Shown here in pieces: positions 51,975 through 64,000 of a stretch of 64,000 bases of DNA. The DNA is taken from contig OX597826.1 in the NCBI GenBank assembly GCA_951406725.2, positions 46,376,001 through 46,440,000 of the forward strand. Reading direction: 5' to 3'. The stretch is from Octopus vulgaris (taxonomy: Eukaryota). The notes beneath the pieces were generated by a model. The model was not told where the DNA came from. It did not search any database and saw only the letters and a program-made list of their open reading frames with translations. A program made the position numbers and the translations under genes. Position 1 is the first letter of the stretch; each line of letters starts with the position of its first letter.

Positions 51975-52555
51975 TACATATAAAATTTGTTGAAACTGGG
52001 AAGCTTTCATAATGTATTTAGAGCCGAGAGAAAAGTGAAAATTATTTGTGAGAAAGAAAATAGCAAGAAAATTCAGTACAGAACATACACACATACATAT
52101 ATATATATACACGCATATACACACACTCACAATGAGGCACAATGTAAGAATAACAAGTATTTGAAAAAAAAGTTCAAGAATTGAGAATAAGAGAGGGTGA
52201 GAATATAACATTAAAAAGAACCAGTGTTATTAATATAAAGAAGAAACAAAAAGAGAAAGAAGGAAAAAAAAGAACACAATACTATTCTTTATTTTCATGT
52301 TTTTATGACTATTCAAAGCCTGATGGTGATAGATCTTTTATGTAACTTTTCCCCCCTTTTTCTTTGTTTTTTTTTTGTTGTTTGTTATTTTCTTACTTGA
52401 TGTTTTGAAATCAGAGAAATAAAAAATAAAAAAAAAACGACAGGAATTGGACAGATATGATAAATTCTAAGGTTCTTCTTCGATGTCTTCTTCATCATCA
52501 TTTTCTTTATTTTCTCTCTTATTTGTTTTCATTTTTACTTATCTAATTCCTTTTT

Positions 52556-52590
<35 letters not shown>

Positions 52591-52811
52591 TTTTTTTTTT
52601 TTTTTTTTCATTTTTAATTCAAAACAACAAGTTTGGTTCGAGGAGAGGACAGCAGGAACCTAGATTCAGGAACCTGCAAATGTCTTTCTAGGTTCTCCCA
52701 TCAAAGTGTAATAAAGCAAATATGAAGAAAATAAAGAGTTTTTAAAGAAAAGACAAAGAAAACAATAGCTAACAAGAAACATTCATACATTTCTTTATTT
52801 CTCTTGCCAAG

Positions 52812-52862
<51 letters not shown>

Positions 52863-53551
52863 TCTCTAAAGAAACAGCAAGTGTCAGGAAGACATAATAT
52901 CTGAAATCTTGTATAGGAAACTGGCAAAAATAAAATTTCTGCTCAATATTCAAAAATATATTGCCATAAACTACACTGCAACCATTGTTTATATGCCCCT
53001 GGGTGAGGCACATGATCATTAGTTTCAGTCTCACTGGCTACCTATAGGTCACACTCATTCATATTTCTTTCTTCATTGAACAATAGTAAGAGAAGCATAC
53101 AACAGAATACAAATACACAAATATCAAAATTTCACAAAATATATATTTTAAAAATCACCCTATACATACACACACACACACACACAACTGTACTGCCATA
53201 TAAACAAGTGTTTCATTAATATACACTGCCCCAGTATAGCCACAAATCAAAGACTCACACCAGTAAAGGTGTTAAAAAACATACAAAATCTAAACAGAAG
53301 CAAGATTGAAACAGGTGTAAAGTTAAATCCTCTCAGAACCATGTAATTATAAAATTACACTTCAGCTAAAACACATCTTTTGGTTTTGGAATACGTTTTT
53401 TCTTTATATATATTTTCAGTAAGAATTTCTGACTCATTTGTAGATGTGTCATCATTACACATCCACATTACACCTTTTAGATCAGGGAACCAGCATACCA
53501 GCAAACCACAAAATTGCACCAGCCAGCGTCACCACTACCTCCAAGCCCATC

Positions 53552-53582
<31 letters not shown>

Positions 53583-53634
53583 TGTATGTATGTATGTATG
53601 TATGTATGTATGCATGTGTGTATGCATGTATGTA

Positions 53635-53847
53635 TCTGTCTGTGCTTGTCCCACCACCACCACCATTTCTTGACAACCGATGTTGGTGTGTTTGTGTCCC
53701 TGTAATTTAGCTGTTCAGCAGAAGAGACTGATAGAATAAGTACCAGGCTTACAGGGAATAAGTCCAGGGGTCAATTTCTTCAACTAAAGGGTGGCGCTCC
53801 AGCAAGGCCACTGTGAAATAACTGAAACAAGTAAAAGAATAAAAGAA
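53635..53847 (+). mobile_element. SINE family A, 3' half following (TATG)n
   Basis: CTTGACAACCGATGTTGGTGTGTTT...CTGAAACAAGTAAAAG. Confidence 0.82.
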
Positions 53848-54276
53848 TACCAGAAAAACGTTCTGTACAGCTAACCAAGAAGGTTTTTTGAATATGTACG
53901 ATGTATTTTAAGGTTAAATAGTAATTCCATTTAGGTTTGTGTAATTGAGATATTTTGGTTGGATTATATAGTCATTGGGGTTACATTACTTCCTATATTC
54001 TGTAACTATTACAATATACTTTTCTACGCCTGAAATTTTCGTGGGGAGGGGGCCAGTTGATTAGATTGACCCCAGTACACAACTGATACTTAATTTATCA
54101 ACACCAAAAGGACAAAAGGCAAAGTCGATCTCGGCAGAATTTGAACTCAGAATGTAAAGATAGATGGTCATAATATACAAACATTTCTCAAGGCACCAGT
54201 ACACTGTTTACAGATGCTTACATTTTTTATGTTTTCCGTGAATTTTTCACAGGTCCAGCTAGTAATTATGAATACT

Positions 54277-54764
54277 TTAATCCTTTAGTAATCAGATTAC
54301 TCTGTCAAATGTAGTTTTTTTTTTCCTATGCTTTAGTCATTCAAGTATTTTTAATCAAATTAGTAGTCAAGTCTCATACTTATTCTGTTAGTGTCTCTTG
54401 CTGAACTGCTAAGTTATGGGGAGGTAAACACACCAACACCGGTTGTCAAGTAGTGGTGAAGGGACAGACACAGAGACAAAGATATACCACATCCACTCTC
54501 AAGGTTTGGTCGGCCCAAGGCTATACTAGAAGACACTTGCCCAAGGTGCTACATAGTGGGACTGAACCCAGAACCATGTGGTTGGGAAGCAAGCATCTTA
54601 CGACATAGCCACATCTGCACCTATCTATTTACATCGCTTTGAAATTAATCATGTATTATCTCCAAGCTTCAAGATTTTAATGTTGTTGTTGTTAATTTCT
54701 AGAATGACATTCCTGAGTAGGTGTGAGAGGCTGGATATAGCAAGCTTAAATGTTGAAGGGTTAA
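54277..54764. mobile_element. piggyBac-type MITE interrupted by a minus-strand SINE A (about 54325-54622)
   Basis: TTAA-TCCTTTAGT...AATGTTGAAGGG-TTAA; body matches 15769-16016. Confidence 0.7.
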
Positions 54765-57058
54765 AAATGGGCAATGTTGTATCATAGAAAAAGAATGGAA
54801 ATTTCAAATGGGTAGATATGAAAAGCATTAAATATAACATCAGATAGATATATTATTATTTTCTCAGATAAGAATGTTTGGGTATTTGGTTTGCAGTACT
54901 ATGCTCATGTACATACATTGATTAGGTAGAAATCTGTTAACATTAACAGTCCGAATAACATAACACACTGAATGTCTATTTTGTTTGGAATATGAATCAG
55001 AAATATTTGAAATATGCTACATTTTTGAAGGTTTTGTTTTTGTTTTTTTTCTTCTTTCATTTTTTTTTTTTTTTTTTTTACAATTTTCAACTAACACATG
55101 GTTATACAAAAGGTTAGGATCACCTTTTGAAAAAAAAAAAAGAAAAAAATTCTCTCACATTTCATTTTTTTGGTTTGTTTTATTTTTTGGTGGTTTCAAT
55201 TTTTTTTTTTTTTTTTGCTATTTCATTAATCTTAACTTGAAACAATATTAGTATTCCTATCATACAACAAACTTCAAATGACAAATAACGGCCGTTACAA
55301 GATGAAGTGAGTGGGGGGGAGGAGAAAGCAAAAATATTAGAGATAAACATAATAACTGTTGCTTTGGGAATAAAGTATAAAGATATCTGTTAGAACCTTA
55401 TTTATTTATTTATTTAATTTTTATTCATTTATATATTTTTTTATTTTACTTTTGAATTTTTTTTATATAATTTTTTTTTTTTTCATATTTCATTGTGAGC
55501 TGGTTAATTCAGTGTGATGTAAAGAGGTATTTGAACAAACACAGACAACAAACAAACACAAAGTCAGTGACAAAAGAAGTGTAAGCAACAGTAGAAAAAT
55601 AATAAAAAAAAAAAAGACCCAAAACTTTCTCCCAAAGGAAACCACCGGAAGCGGTAAGCTAGCAAGCTTCTTTCAGTGCATGCATTCTGTGGAAAGAATT
55701 AAAATTTTACAGCAATATTCTTGTAAACGCCAGTCAGTATTCGAGTTCAATGTAAGTATAGCAACCAATTTGCCTTCTAGGGTTGTAGACAAGGTCAGAA
55801 AACAGATTCTAGAATCCAACAGAGAAAGGGTGGTGGGATGGAAAAGTTTAAATGATGAACGAGAGAGAAGTGGGGGGTGGAATACATAACTGTCTCTCAA
55901 AATATAAAATAAAATTTTTACAAAAATGAACCATAATAAGGAAGAAAAAATGGCCTCAAAGCTCTTTCATAACTAACACTACCATTAAAGTGAATGAATA
56001 TGGCAAGAAACATTGAAAGAAAACCAAGAAGAAAAAAAAGAAAAAGAAAAGGGAAACCAACAACGATCAACAAAACTAGATTAACTTCCTTCAACTTTCT
56101 TGCAACGATTACCATTTTAGCATTCACCAGAGAATAAAGCTAGTGTGTGAGCTATACAGCAAAAGTGAAGAACTGAGACAGATTCTAGACTTGCTGGTAT
56201 GATACAAAGAAAATATTAGATTGGTTACTGCTAAGGTTGTAGAAAAATTTAGTTTAAAGTTGCATTTCAGAGAATTGGGCAAATATTTGTTTTCCAAGAA
56301 TTTAGCTTATATTGTAGTAGAATGTAGTTTGGTGAGCTAAATTCAACCTATCATTTTGTAGATGAACAATCAAAAGCATGAGATAGGCATGATAAATTAT
56401 CAAGCATCGTTACCATCATCATTAAACAACGATGTCCCACGCTGGCATGGGTTAAACATTTTGACATGATCTAATGTGCTCAAGGACTTCATCATGCACC
56501 AGTGTCTTCTTTGGTATAGTCTCTATAGCTTGGGTGCCATTCCTAAAGCCAACAACTTAACAGCATGTCCTTGGAGCCTTTTCCATGTCACCAGCACCAA
56601 ATCCACTCACAAAGTTTTGGTCAGCTCAGGGCTATAGGAGAAGATATTTGCCCAAGGTGCAGCACAGTGAGACTAATACATATATACATACATATATATT
56701 CTCTATTTATATTCTTTGTCTAAATTAAATGTTTATTTCTTTTTTGAGTGATGCCAAATGTTTTGTTCTTACATTTTTTATTTTAATCTTTATCTGCCCA
56801 CTCAAGGAGAAACCACTTCTAGCCACCTTCAATAGGGAGTCTCGACACCACATTTTTCAGTCGCAGCTCAAACCGGAGTTTTAGAGGCAAACCAAACTGA
56901 GCACTAATAGTACATACCTATTACATAACGTACGTCAATGAAAACTCATACTTATGTACATATATACATAAATGCATACATTCATACATATTCTCGTAGA
57001 ATCATGAAGGTGCATATGCCATTAATTTTTTAATGTTTCTAAATGTTGTAGTTCCTGT

Positions 57059-57144
57059 ATTTACCTGATGAAAAGGATTTTTTTGTAATGATGAAATAAC
57101 TCCATTAATCAAGTAAAAATTCGTTAGAAGCAGCTGTAGTGAAT
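57059..57144 (+). ncRNA. Degenerate type I hammerhead motif with long stem II
   Basis: ATTTAC-CTGATGA-[AAAGGATTTTT...AAAAATTCGTT]-A-GAAG-CAGCTG-TA^-GTGAAT; 6-bp stem I; GAAA changed to GAAG. Confidence 0.55.
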
Positions 57145-57239
57145 CGACACATTATCCATCAGTTGTTATCATTCATTTACATACATACATGAACAAGCAC
57201 ATACATACATACATACATATAGATCACTGCGTCACTGCA

Positions 57240-57515
57240 TCTACCAGCTTACTGGATGCTGTTATTCACTGCTTGTTACAATGCACTTCCTCACATTATT
57301 TTAGCTTTCAAGTGACGCCACCCTACTGTCAAGGTGGATGGGCCAACATACCCCATGAACTGATCGCCAGTCCATCATTGGCGCATTTATAGCTGAGTGA
57401 ACTGGGGCAGTGTGAAATGAAGAGTCTTGCTCAAGAACACAATGTACTGCCAGCCTGGGAATCGAAACCACAATCTTGCAATTGTAAGAGCAACACCCTA
57501 ACCACTAGGCCACAT
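57240..57515 (-). mobile_element. tRNA-derived SINE, family B-like head
   Basis: GTGGCCTAGTGGTTAGGG...GGTTTCGATTCCC...TTCTTGAGCAAGACTCTT on the minus strand. Confidence 0.75.
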
Positions 57516-57737
57516 ACACACACATGGACAACAAGCTTCCTTCTGACTCCCACATCCAAATCTAATCACAAGGTTTCCATATGAATATTTCAAACAATAA
57601 AAACCAAAAAGCTGTGATTCCTATTTTAGAGAATAAAATTTAATGAACTTTAAATCTTCAATATTTTCTAAACTACCCATGCTCAAGTAATATTAGATCT
57701 ATTCTACAGTAAAGACATGCTTCTTTTTCTTTTCAAC

Positions 57738-57760
57738 AAAATAATAATAATAATAATAAC

Positions 57761-57811
<51 letters not shown>

Positions 57812-57837
57812 TAATAAATAATAATAATAATAATAAC

Positions 57838-57870
<33 letters not shown>

Positions 57871-57890
57871 TAATAATAAATAATAATAAA
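57738..57890. repeat. (AAT)n microsatellite
   Basis: Direct reading. Confidence 0.95.
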
Positions 57891-58829
57891 CTCAAGGCAT
57901 GAGTTAGCAATGAAGTTTTTAGAGAACTAAAACTAAACACAGATGACTAAGCTAGCTTCTGCAAAAGCCAGAGCAGTTTAAATGCCAACTCTTTAGGCAA
58001 GTAACAACAAACCTTTTTGCATTTTTATTTTAAAATGCAAAACAACTGTCACTATTAAGCAAAGCAAAAATGAAATATAAAAAATAGACGCAAAACAAAA
58101 ACATCATAAAATAAAACTCTTGGATTTTCACTTTTAAACTTCAGGATATTTTTTTAAAACTTTATAAAACTATTTTATCTTGGATTTGAAAAAGTAAATG
58201 CACTATAGCATCCAACAAGGCTTATAATATATGTGGGGGCGGGGGAGCAAATCATCATCGTGTGGTTAAGAAGCTTGCTCTGCCACCCTGTGATTTCTGG
58301 TTCAATCCCATCCCACAATGTGGCACCATAGACAAGTGTCTTCTACTTACAGCCCTGTATAAACCAATGCCTTGTGAGTGAATTTTATAGACAGAAACCA
58401 TGTGGAAGGAAGCTCGGCTGTTCCTTCTTGTATGTAAGGCAGCATGTTATGGCTTGCCTCTTTGTGTTTAGATGTACACTAATTTTTACGTGTGTGTGTG
58501 TGTGTGTATCTGTGTATGCCTCTTCTCACACTGTTTTTGTATCACTGGCTGGGAGAAGGGTAGCTGCTATCTCTTGCAGTTGATCATCCATCATTGATGA
58601 AGGTCAAGAAGGTCGAAATTATGAGATCTGGTGATCTCAGTGCTGGAGATGGCAAATGTTTATCCCCACCACTAGGAATATAAGCAAGCATATATTTTGA
58701 ACCAAAAGCCAATATGAAAGTTTCTATCACAGTATAGTTTGTTCTAATAGAACATCCGTGTTTAAGTGGTGATAAATATTACCTCTTCATATTAATACTG
58801 CCTTTGTCGCAAATATTCTTTCATTCTAT

Positions 58830-59017
58830 TATTCTTTTACCTGTTTCAGTCATTTGACAGCAGCCATGCTGGAGCACCACCTTGAAAGGTTTTAGTCGGA
58901 CAAATTGACTCCAGGACTTTTCGTTTTAAAACCTAGTTCTTATTTTATTGTCTGCTTTTGCCAAACCACTAAGTTACGAGGACACAAAAATACCAACGCC
59001 AACTGTTAAAGATACAC

Positions 59018-59059
<42 letters not shown>

Positions 59060-59536
59060 CGTATGAACTGTATATATATGGTGTTTGAACTAGTCTACTC
59101 ATCATCATCTACCAATGGGTGCGACTCCCTGATCTCGCTCTGCTGCCTTGTGGATAGACTTTTTAGTCAAAGGCTCCGGGTGGGGTCTCCTAAGCTAACC
59201 CCCTACTGCAGCCTAGGCAACCGGGTAGTATACACCTACTGAAAACCATGGATACTTTTCCCTCTTTCGTCATGGTTTGGATGGCACGGGCAGGAGGAGC
59301 TCGTCAGCCATGGCCAGCAACCCTCCTAGGAGAGGGTAACTCCGACTTCAAACCTACAGCCCGAGGATCTCGATGTCACCGTCCCAGCTCGCTAGGCCAT
59401 GGCAGATGAACCTTGTGCTTAAAGGGTGGGGCCAGTTTCCACGCGCCGCACTTCACCATAAAACTCCCTAGCGCAGGCCAAAAGACATGTTCCTCAACAA
59501 ATAGATGCCCCAAAAGAGCATCTTTACTACAGCCTA

Positions 59537-59580
<44 letters not shown>

Positions 59581-59740
59581 GGCTTCTTTCAGTTTCCAAA
59601 TTCAGTCTACCAAATCCACTCACAAGGCTTTGGTCAACCCAAAGCTATAATAGAAGACACTTTCCCAAGGTGCCACACAGTGGGACTGAACCTGAAATAA
59701 TGTGGTAGGGAAACAAGCTTCTTACCACTCAGCCACGCCT
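58830..59740 (-). mobile_element. SINE family A split at its internal (TA)n by a GC-rich insert
   Basis: 3' half at 58830-59010, 5' half at 59578-59740, TA runs on both sides of the insert. Confidence 0.75.
59090..59515 (+). mobile_element. Probable RTE-type LINE 5' UTR fragment, GC-rich and structured
   Basis: CTAGGAGAGGGTAACTCCGACTTCAAACC resembles a recurrent RTE 5' UTR motif (from recall); several hairpins. Confidence 0.5.
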
Positions 59741-59808
59741 TTTTTGTCTAAATGAATAGATATGATACAAAGTGATACAAAAGTTAGAAAGTATAAAATG
59801 GCACTTAC

Positions 59809-59874
59809 CGTAAAGCTGGAAGAATATCTTGGCAACCATGACTGACCAGTAAGACGTAACAAATAAAGAGAGCT
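59809..59874 (-). CDS. Candidate 66-nt exon of an unidentified minus-strand gene
   Basis: Acceptor T-run+CTCTCCTCAG and consensus donor ACG/GTAAGT. All three frames are open (phase 1 reads LSLFVTSYWSVMVAKIFFQLY). Confidence 0.5.
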
Positions 59875-60524
59875 CTGAGGAGAGAAAAAAAAAAGCAAAG
59901 GCAAACTTATATATATGGAGAAAATTTATACACTTGTGGATTATTTTTCAAAATGATCAAAATACAGTGAGATTAATGAATGAAAACGGGTTAAGATTAA
60001 AATAACACACAGCATATTGTGACTGGGTTTGGGTGGTGGAAGCTGAAGCATATTCATCATATATCATCATCATTTTAATGTATGCTTTTCCGTGCTCATA
60101 TGAATCAGAAGAAATTTTGTTGAGACAGATTTTCTACGACTGGATGCTGTTCCTGTCACCAACTATCACCTGTTTCCAGGTAAGCTAATATTTCCCTGTA
60201 ATCAGGCATGCTTTTCACAGAAGATTGGACACAAAGTATCTGCTTAAATGATGAAGACATTTGTTTACATAAAGTCATGACAAAGAGACAATAACATACA
60301 CACATTTATGATGGGCTTCTTTCAGTTTCTGTCTACCATATCCATTGACAAGGTTTTGGTCAGGTAAGGTTTGACAACAGGAAAAATATCTGGTCACAGA
60401 AAATCAGCATCAACAAATTCCATTTGACTCATGCAAGCATGGAAAAATGACATTAAAACAATGATGATAATGATGATGATCAGCATGTGTTATAACAAAT
60501 ATGTTAGGGAGGTGGGTGGTATAT

Positions 60525-60860
60525 AAAAGGGTAAAGACCCCTTCCAGCCATGAATGAGCATGAGATTGCACCTAGAAACTTTCCCTCCGAGGCACAAGTC
60601 TGGGCAAGGTCGTTTACGGAAGACAAGCAGTCGCTCATGGATACGAACCTCCCCTATCCACGTCATTGATGTTATCCAGGGGAAAGGCAAAGGCCAATAT
60701 AGCTTGGCACCAGTGACATCGCAACTCATTTCTACAGCTGAGTGAACTGGAGCAACGTGAAATAAGGTGTCTTGTTCAAGGACACAACACACTACTCAGT
60801 CCAGGAATTGAACTCACTAACTCATGACTGTGAGCCTGGTGTTGAAACCACTGAGCCAAT
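60525..60860 (-). mobile_element. tRNA-derived SINE, family B-like head with a different 3' body
   Basis: TGGCTCAGTGGTT...GAGTTCAATTCC...GTGTCCTTGAACAAGACAC...CCAGTTCACTCAGCTGTAGAAATGAG on the minus strand. Confidence 0.8.
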
Positions 60861-62044
60861 CATTTACGGGTGGTGTATATCAGAAAGGCATTTCTTAGTT
60901 ATTTCTCTCATTTTAAAAACATACACTCGCCACAGAAGAAGAAAAAACAAAGAAAACAAGAATGGAGGAGGCAGAGGGGATGGAGAAATCAATATGGAAA
61001 TATGATGCCATAACTTATGGCATCATACCAGACATATGTTGTAATGGAGATAAAAGAGTGAACTTTTCTTTCAAAAACTCTGAGGACACAGAGGGTTTGG
61101 TTAGCACTATCTTAACATCTAGCAGTTTTATATTCTTTCAGCTGTTTCCGTACAGTAATTCTTCAAACACCTCCCTGTTGTAACTGTGTCTTTTCAGAAA
61201 CTCTTGTTAGTTTCAGTCATAGTTTTATATTCTCTTCATATTGGAAATCCTCTCTTGTGAATGTCTGTGGCGAAGATTTTGTGAGTATTTTGAGGGAGAA
61301 GTGGGGGTGGGTTATTTTAGCTATTTTGTTAGTTATTTCTTATATTATATATATATATATATTTTTTTTTTTTGGTGTGGGGGTGGTTCTTTTTTAAATC
61401 TTCTCTGTGTAACCAAAAGTCTCATGAAAGATCTTCCAAATCTTTAATCTACAAGTTAAAACAGGCAGAGCAATAAATGTAAAGTGGGGGGAGGGACACA
61501 CACACACAAAAAAAACAAGGTGGCAGACAGACATACACTACAAAAAAAAAGAAAAAAAATAATAATAAAAACTCCCAAAGAAAAAAAAAATTTATATTCC
61601 ATTAAAAAAATGAATAAGTAAATAAAGATTTGCTGAAGATTTTAGCAGGGGTTTCTTTTCACTTTTTTTTTTTTTTCTGTTGTGGAAGTTGCTGTGATTA
61701 TATTTTTTTGCTGTATACTAATCTTATTGCTATTGATGTTGTTGTTGCTTGTAAACTGAGCAGATTTGCAACATGTGAGGTTTAGTGATCAAATATAAGA
61801 GTGGGGAAGGTGTGGCCACCACACCTGGTAGGAATGGTTTGTCTTCAGATAAACCTTATATATATATATATATTCTGTCATCTTGAGAACAGTTAAATAG
61901 GCGTTATATTTCATTTTTTGTTGCTTCTTTTTTTATCTTGATATTATAAGAATTTATGGGTGATGAGGGTGATTACTGTGATAGCAATGATGACAGCGAT
62001 GACAACAATTGCAACAATGGCGATAATGATGATAAATTAAACTA

Positions 62045-62155
62045 TGGCAAGCTGGCAGAACCGTTAGCACACCAGGTGACATGCTTAGCAGCATTTCATG
62101 TCTTTGCATTCTGAGTTCAAATTTTGCTGGGGTCAACTCTGCCTATCACCCTTTC
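62045..62155 (+). mobile_element. SINE family D, 5' part
   Basis: GCTGGCAGAACCGTTAGCAC...GAGTTCAAATT. Confidence 0.78.
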
Positions 62156-62466
62156 AAAGTCTAGCAGTGGTGAGGGACAAATACAAGCATAAAGACATAC
62201 ACACACACACATACTGTATATATCTTATATATATGTATGTATATGTATATGATAGATTCCTTTTAGTTTCTCTTTACTGGGGCTTAGGTAGAAGATACTT
62301 GCCCAAGGTGTCATGCAGTGGAACTGAACCCAGAATAAAACATGCCCATGCCTAGGTCTGACCCTGAAACCATGGAACTGAGAAGCAAATTTACTATCCA
62401 CACAGTTACACCTGAGCCAATACATAAGATAATTATTAAACTAGTTCAAAGCTTAATCCAACTCTC

Positions 62467-62507
<41 letters not shown>

Positions 62508-62619
62508 ATACAAAACAAAAGAAGAGAGAAAATGGGGAAAGACAATATTTTCTGAGAGATTCAAAATGAAAAACACAAACATAAGACAAAATGAAATATA
62601 GTCCTCCAAATGTTGTCAT

Positions 62620-62664
62620 AACATTACACTCCTTGCAGACAACATTACACTCCTTGCAGACAAC
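62620..62664. repeat. Exact 21-bp tandem duplication
   Basis: AACATTACACTCCTTGCAGAC twice. Confidence 0.95.
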
Positions 62665-63262
62665 GCCCAGGTATAAAATATAACAAAATATATTAAAAAA
62701 ATATATATAAACCCCACACCTTCAATCTCTGTATCCCTCTCTCTTTCTCCTTGTCTTTCTCTCTTTCAACATTTCGTAAAACGAGCCAATAACAATAGTG
62801 TCAATTGTTGTATGCTTAACTTGAATTTTTCCCCATTGCCAGATCTATAGTTTGCTGTCTTCTTAAACCAGTTTTTTTTTTTAATGAATTTTTATGTAAG
62901 AGTAAGAAAAATATACATTGAAAAGAAATTTAAAAATTGAGGCAAAAATACTATAATTAAATGTATATTTTAAAAATAAAATATCTAAGACATCTGCTTT
63001 CTTCATTTATTTTTTTTTTCTTTCATTCTTTACTGAACAATAAAAACTAAGTAAAGGGGAAGGATTTCTTTAAAAAAAAATAAAGGATTTCGGAATTTTG
63101 CTTGGGAAACATATTTCTTGCAAAAGGGAATTTAAAATTCTACAATGGCTAGAGAAATTTTTAAAAAATAGGCAAAAAACCCCCCATTAAAATGGAAAAC
63201 CAAACACATAAAAGTAAAAAAGAAACAATATGTGTATGTATATAAACATATACACATACATG

Positions 63263-63298
<36 letters not shown>

Positions 63299-64000
63299 AT
63301 ACATACATACATACATGTGAAATATAGAGGATAACTGAGTATTTAGGAATTTCTTTTGAACAGGAAGCATTGAGAACATATAAGGATTATTCTGTCAACC
63401 TCAAGACATTTCTATTGAAACCGTTTCCAACATCATCAAAATGAACTTCAGTCAAACAGGAATTGCAGGAGACTTTCTCTGTTGGGAGTTACAGAATTTC
63501 GAAAATCAGAAAAGACTCTGTTTTATTCATTCATTTATTTATCTATTTATTAACTTTTAGTTTTTCTTTCACGAAAATTTTTAACAAGAGGCATTATTAC
63601 ATCGACTTTTGAAATAGGTAAGCAATTCTAAGAGGCTGCCGCTCACAACAAAATGTACCCAGCACTACAAGAAACTGACATATGAATGAAGCTGTGGCAG
63701 AAGAAAGGGCCACCACACTTAGCCTTCACGCTATTTAATTGCCGATAAATTGTACAAAAGAATAAACTTTGCATAAAGTGAATATCTAGCGAGTAAGTAT
63801 ATTGTATGTCTGTCTATGCAAATGTATACATACATGCATAAATACATATATACATATATATATATAAATACATATATACACACAAATATGCATATATATA
63901 TATGTATGTATGTATGTATATTGTAACAAAGAAAACACACAAATTTGGACACATGTTCATATATATAAATGGTGACATTTTTAGAGAATATAATACATTT

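Noticed and set aside
55673-55900. Overlapping 69-75 aa ORFs in unique sequence with acceptor-like sites
   Set aside because: No recognisable protein motif and no convincing donor; cannot be supported as coding.
59245-59315. Minus-strand CTGACGA...CGAAA hammerhead-like core
   Set aside because: Stems II and III do not form and the cleavage triplet is out of register.
63590-63625. Plus-strand 27-nt AG..GTAAGC microexon-like segment
   Set aside because: Opposite to the inferred gene strand, and such motifs arise by chance; it shows the false-positive risk for the other microexon calls.

Overview
Eukaryotic, AT-rich, repeat-dense DNA with no intact protein-coding ORF. Almost every ORF in the track is a (TA)n/(CA)n or SINE artefact. 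The repeat content (tRNA-derived SINEs carrying internal microsatellites, RTE LINE ends with (ATG)n tails, very long compound TA/CA arrays) looks like an octopus (coleoid cephalopod) genome; this is inference from recalled repeat style, not a database result. An apparent excess of poly-A on the + strand (judged by eye) and several well-formed minus-strand splice sites suggest intronic DNA of a large minus-strand gene with small exons (best candidate 59809-59874); the gene cannot be identified. Mobile DNA: three tRNA-SINE families; RTE, CR1-group, R4/Dong-like and Tx1/L1 LINE relics; a mariner/Tc1 transposase relic; Tc1/mariner, hAT and piggyBac-type MITEs; and a Helentron-type non-autonomous element. 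The most interesting signal is a set of type I hammerhead-ribozyme motifs in short elements inserted into microsatellites. The best is a 352-nt, extensively self-pairing unit with an exact 65-nt terminal redundancy (11911-12327) that has the architecture of a retrozyme or circular-RNA-derived insertion. Repeat boundaries are approximate unless exact motifs are quoted.
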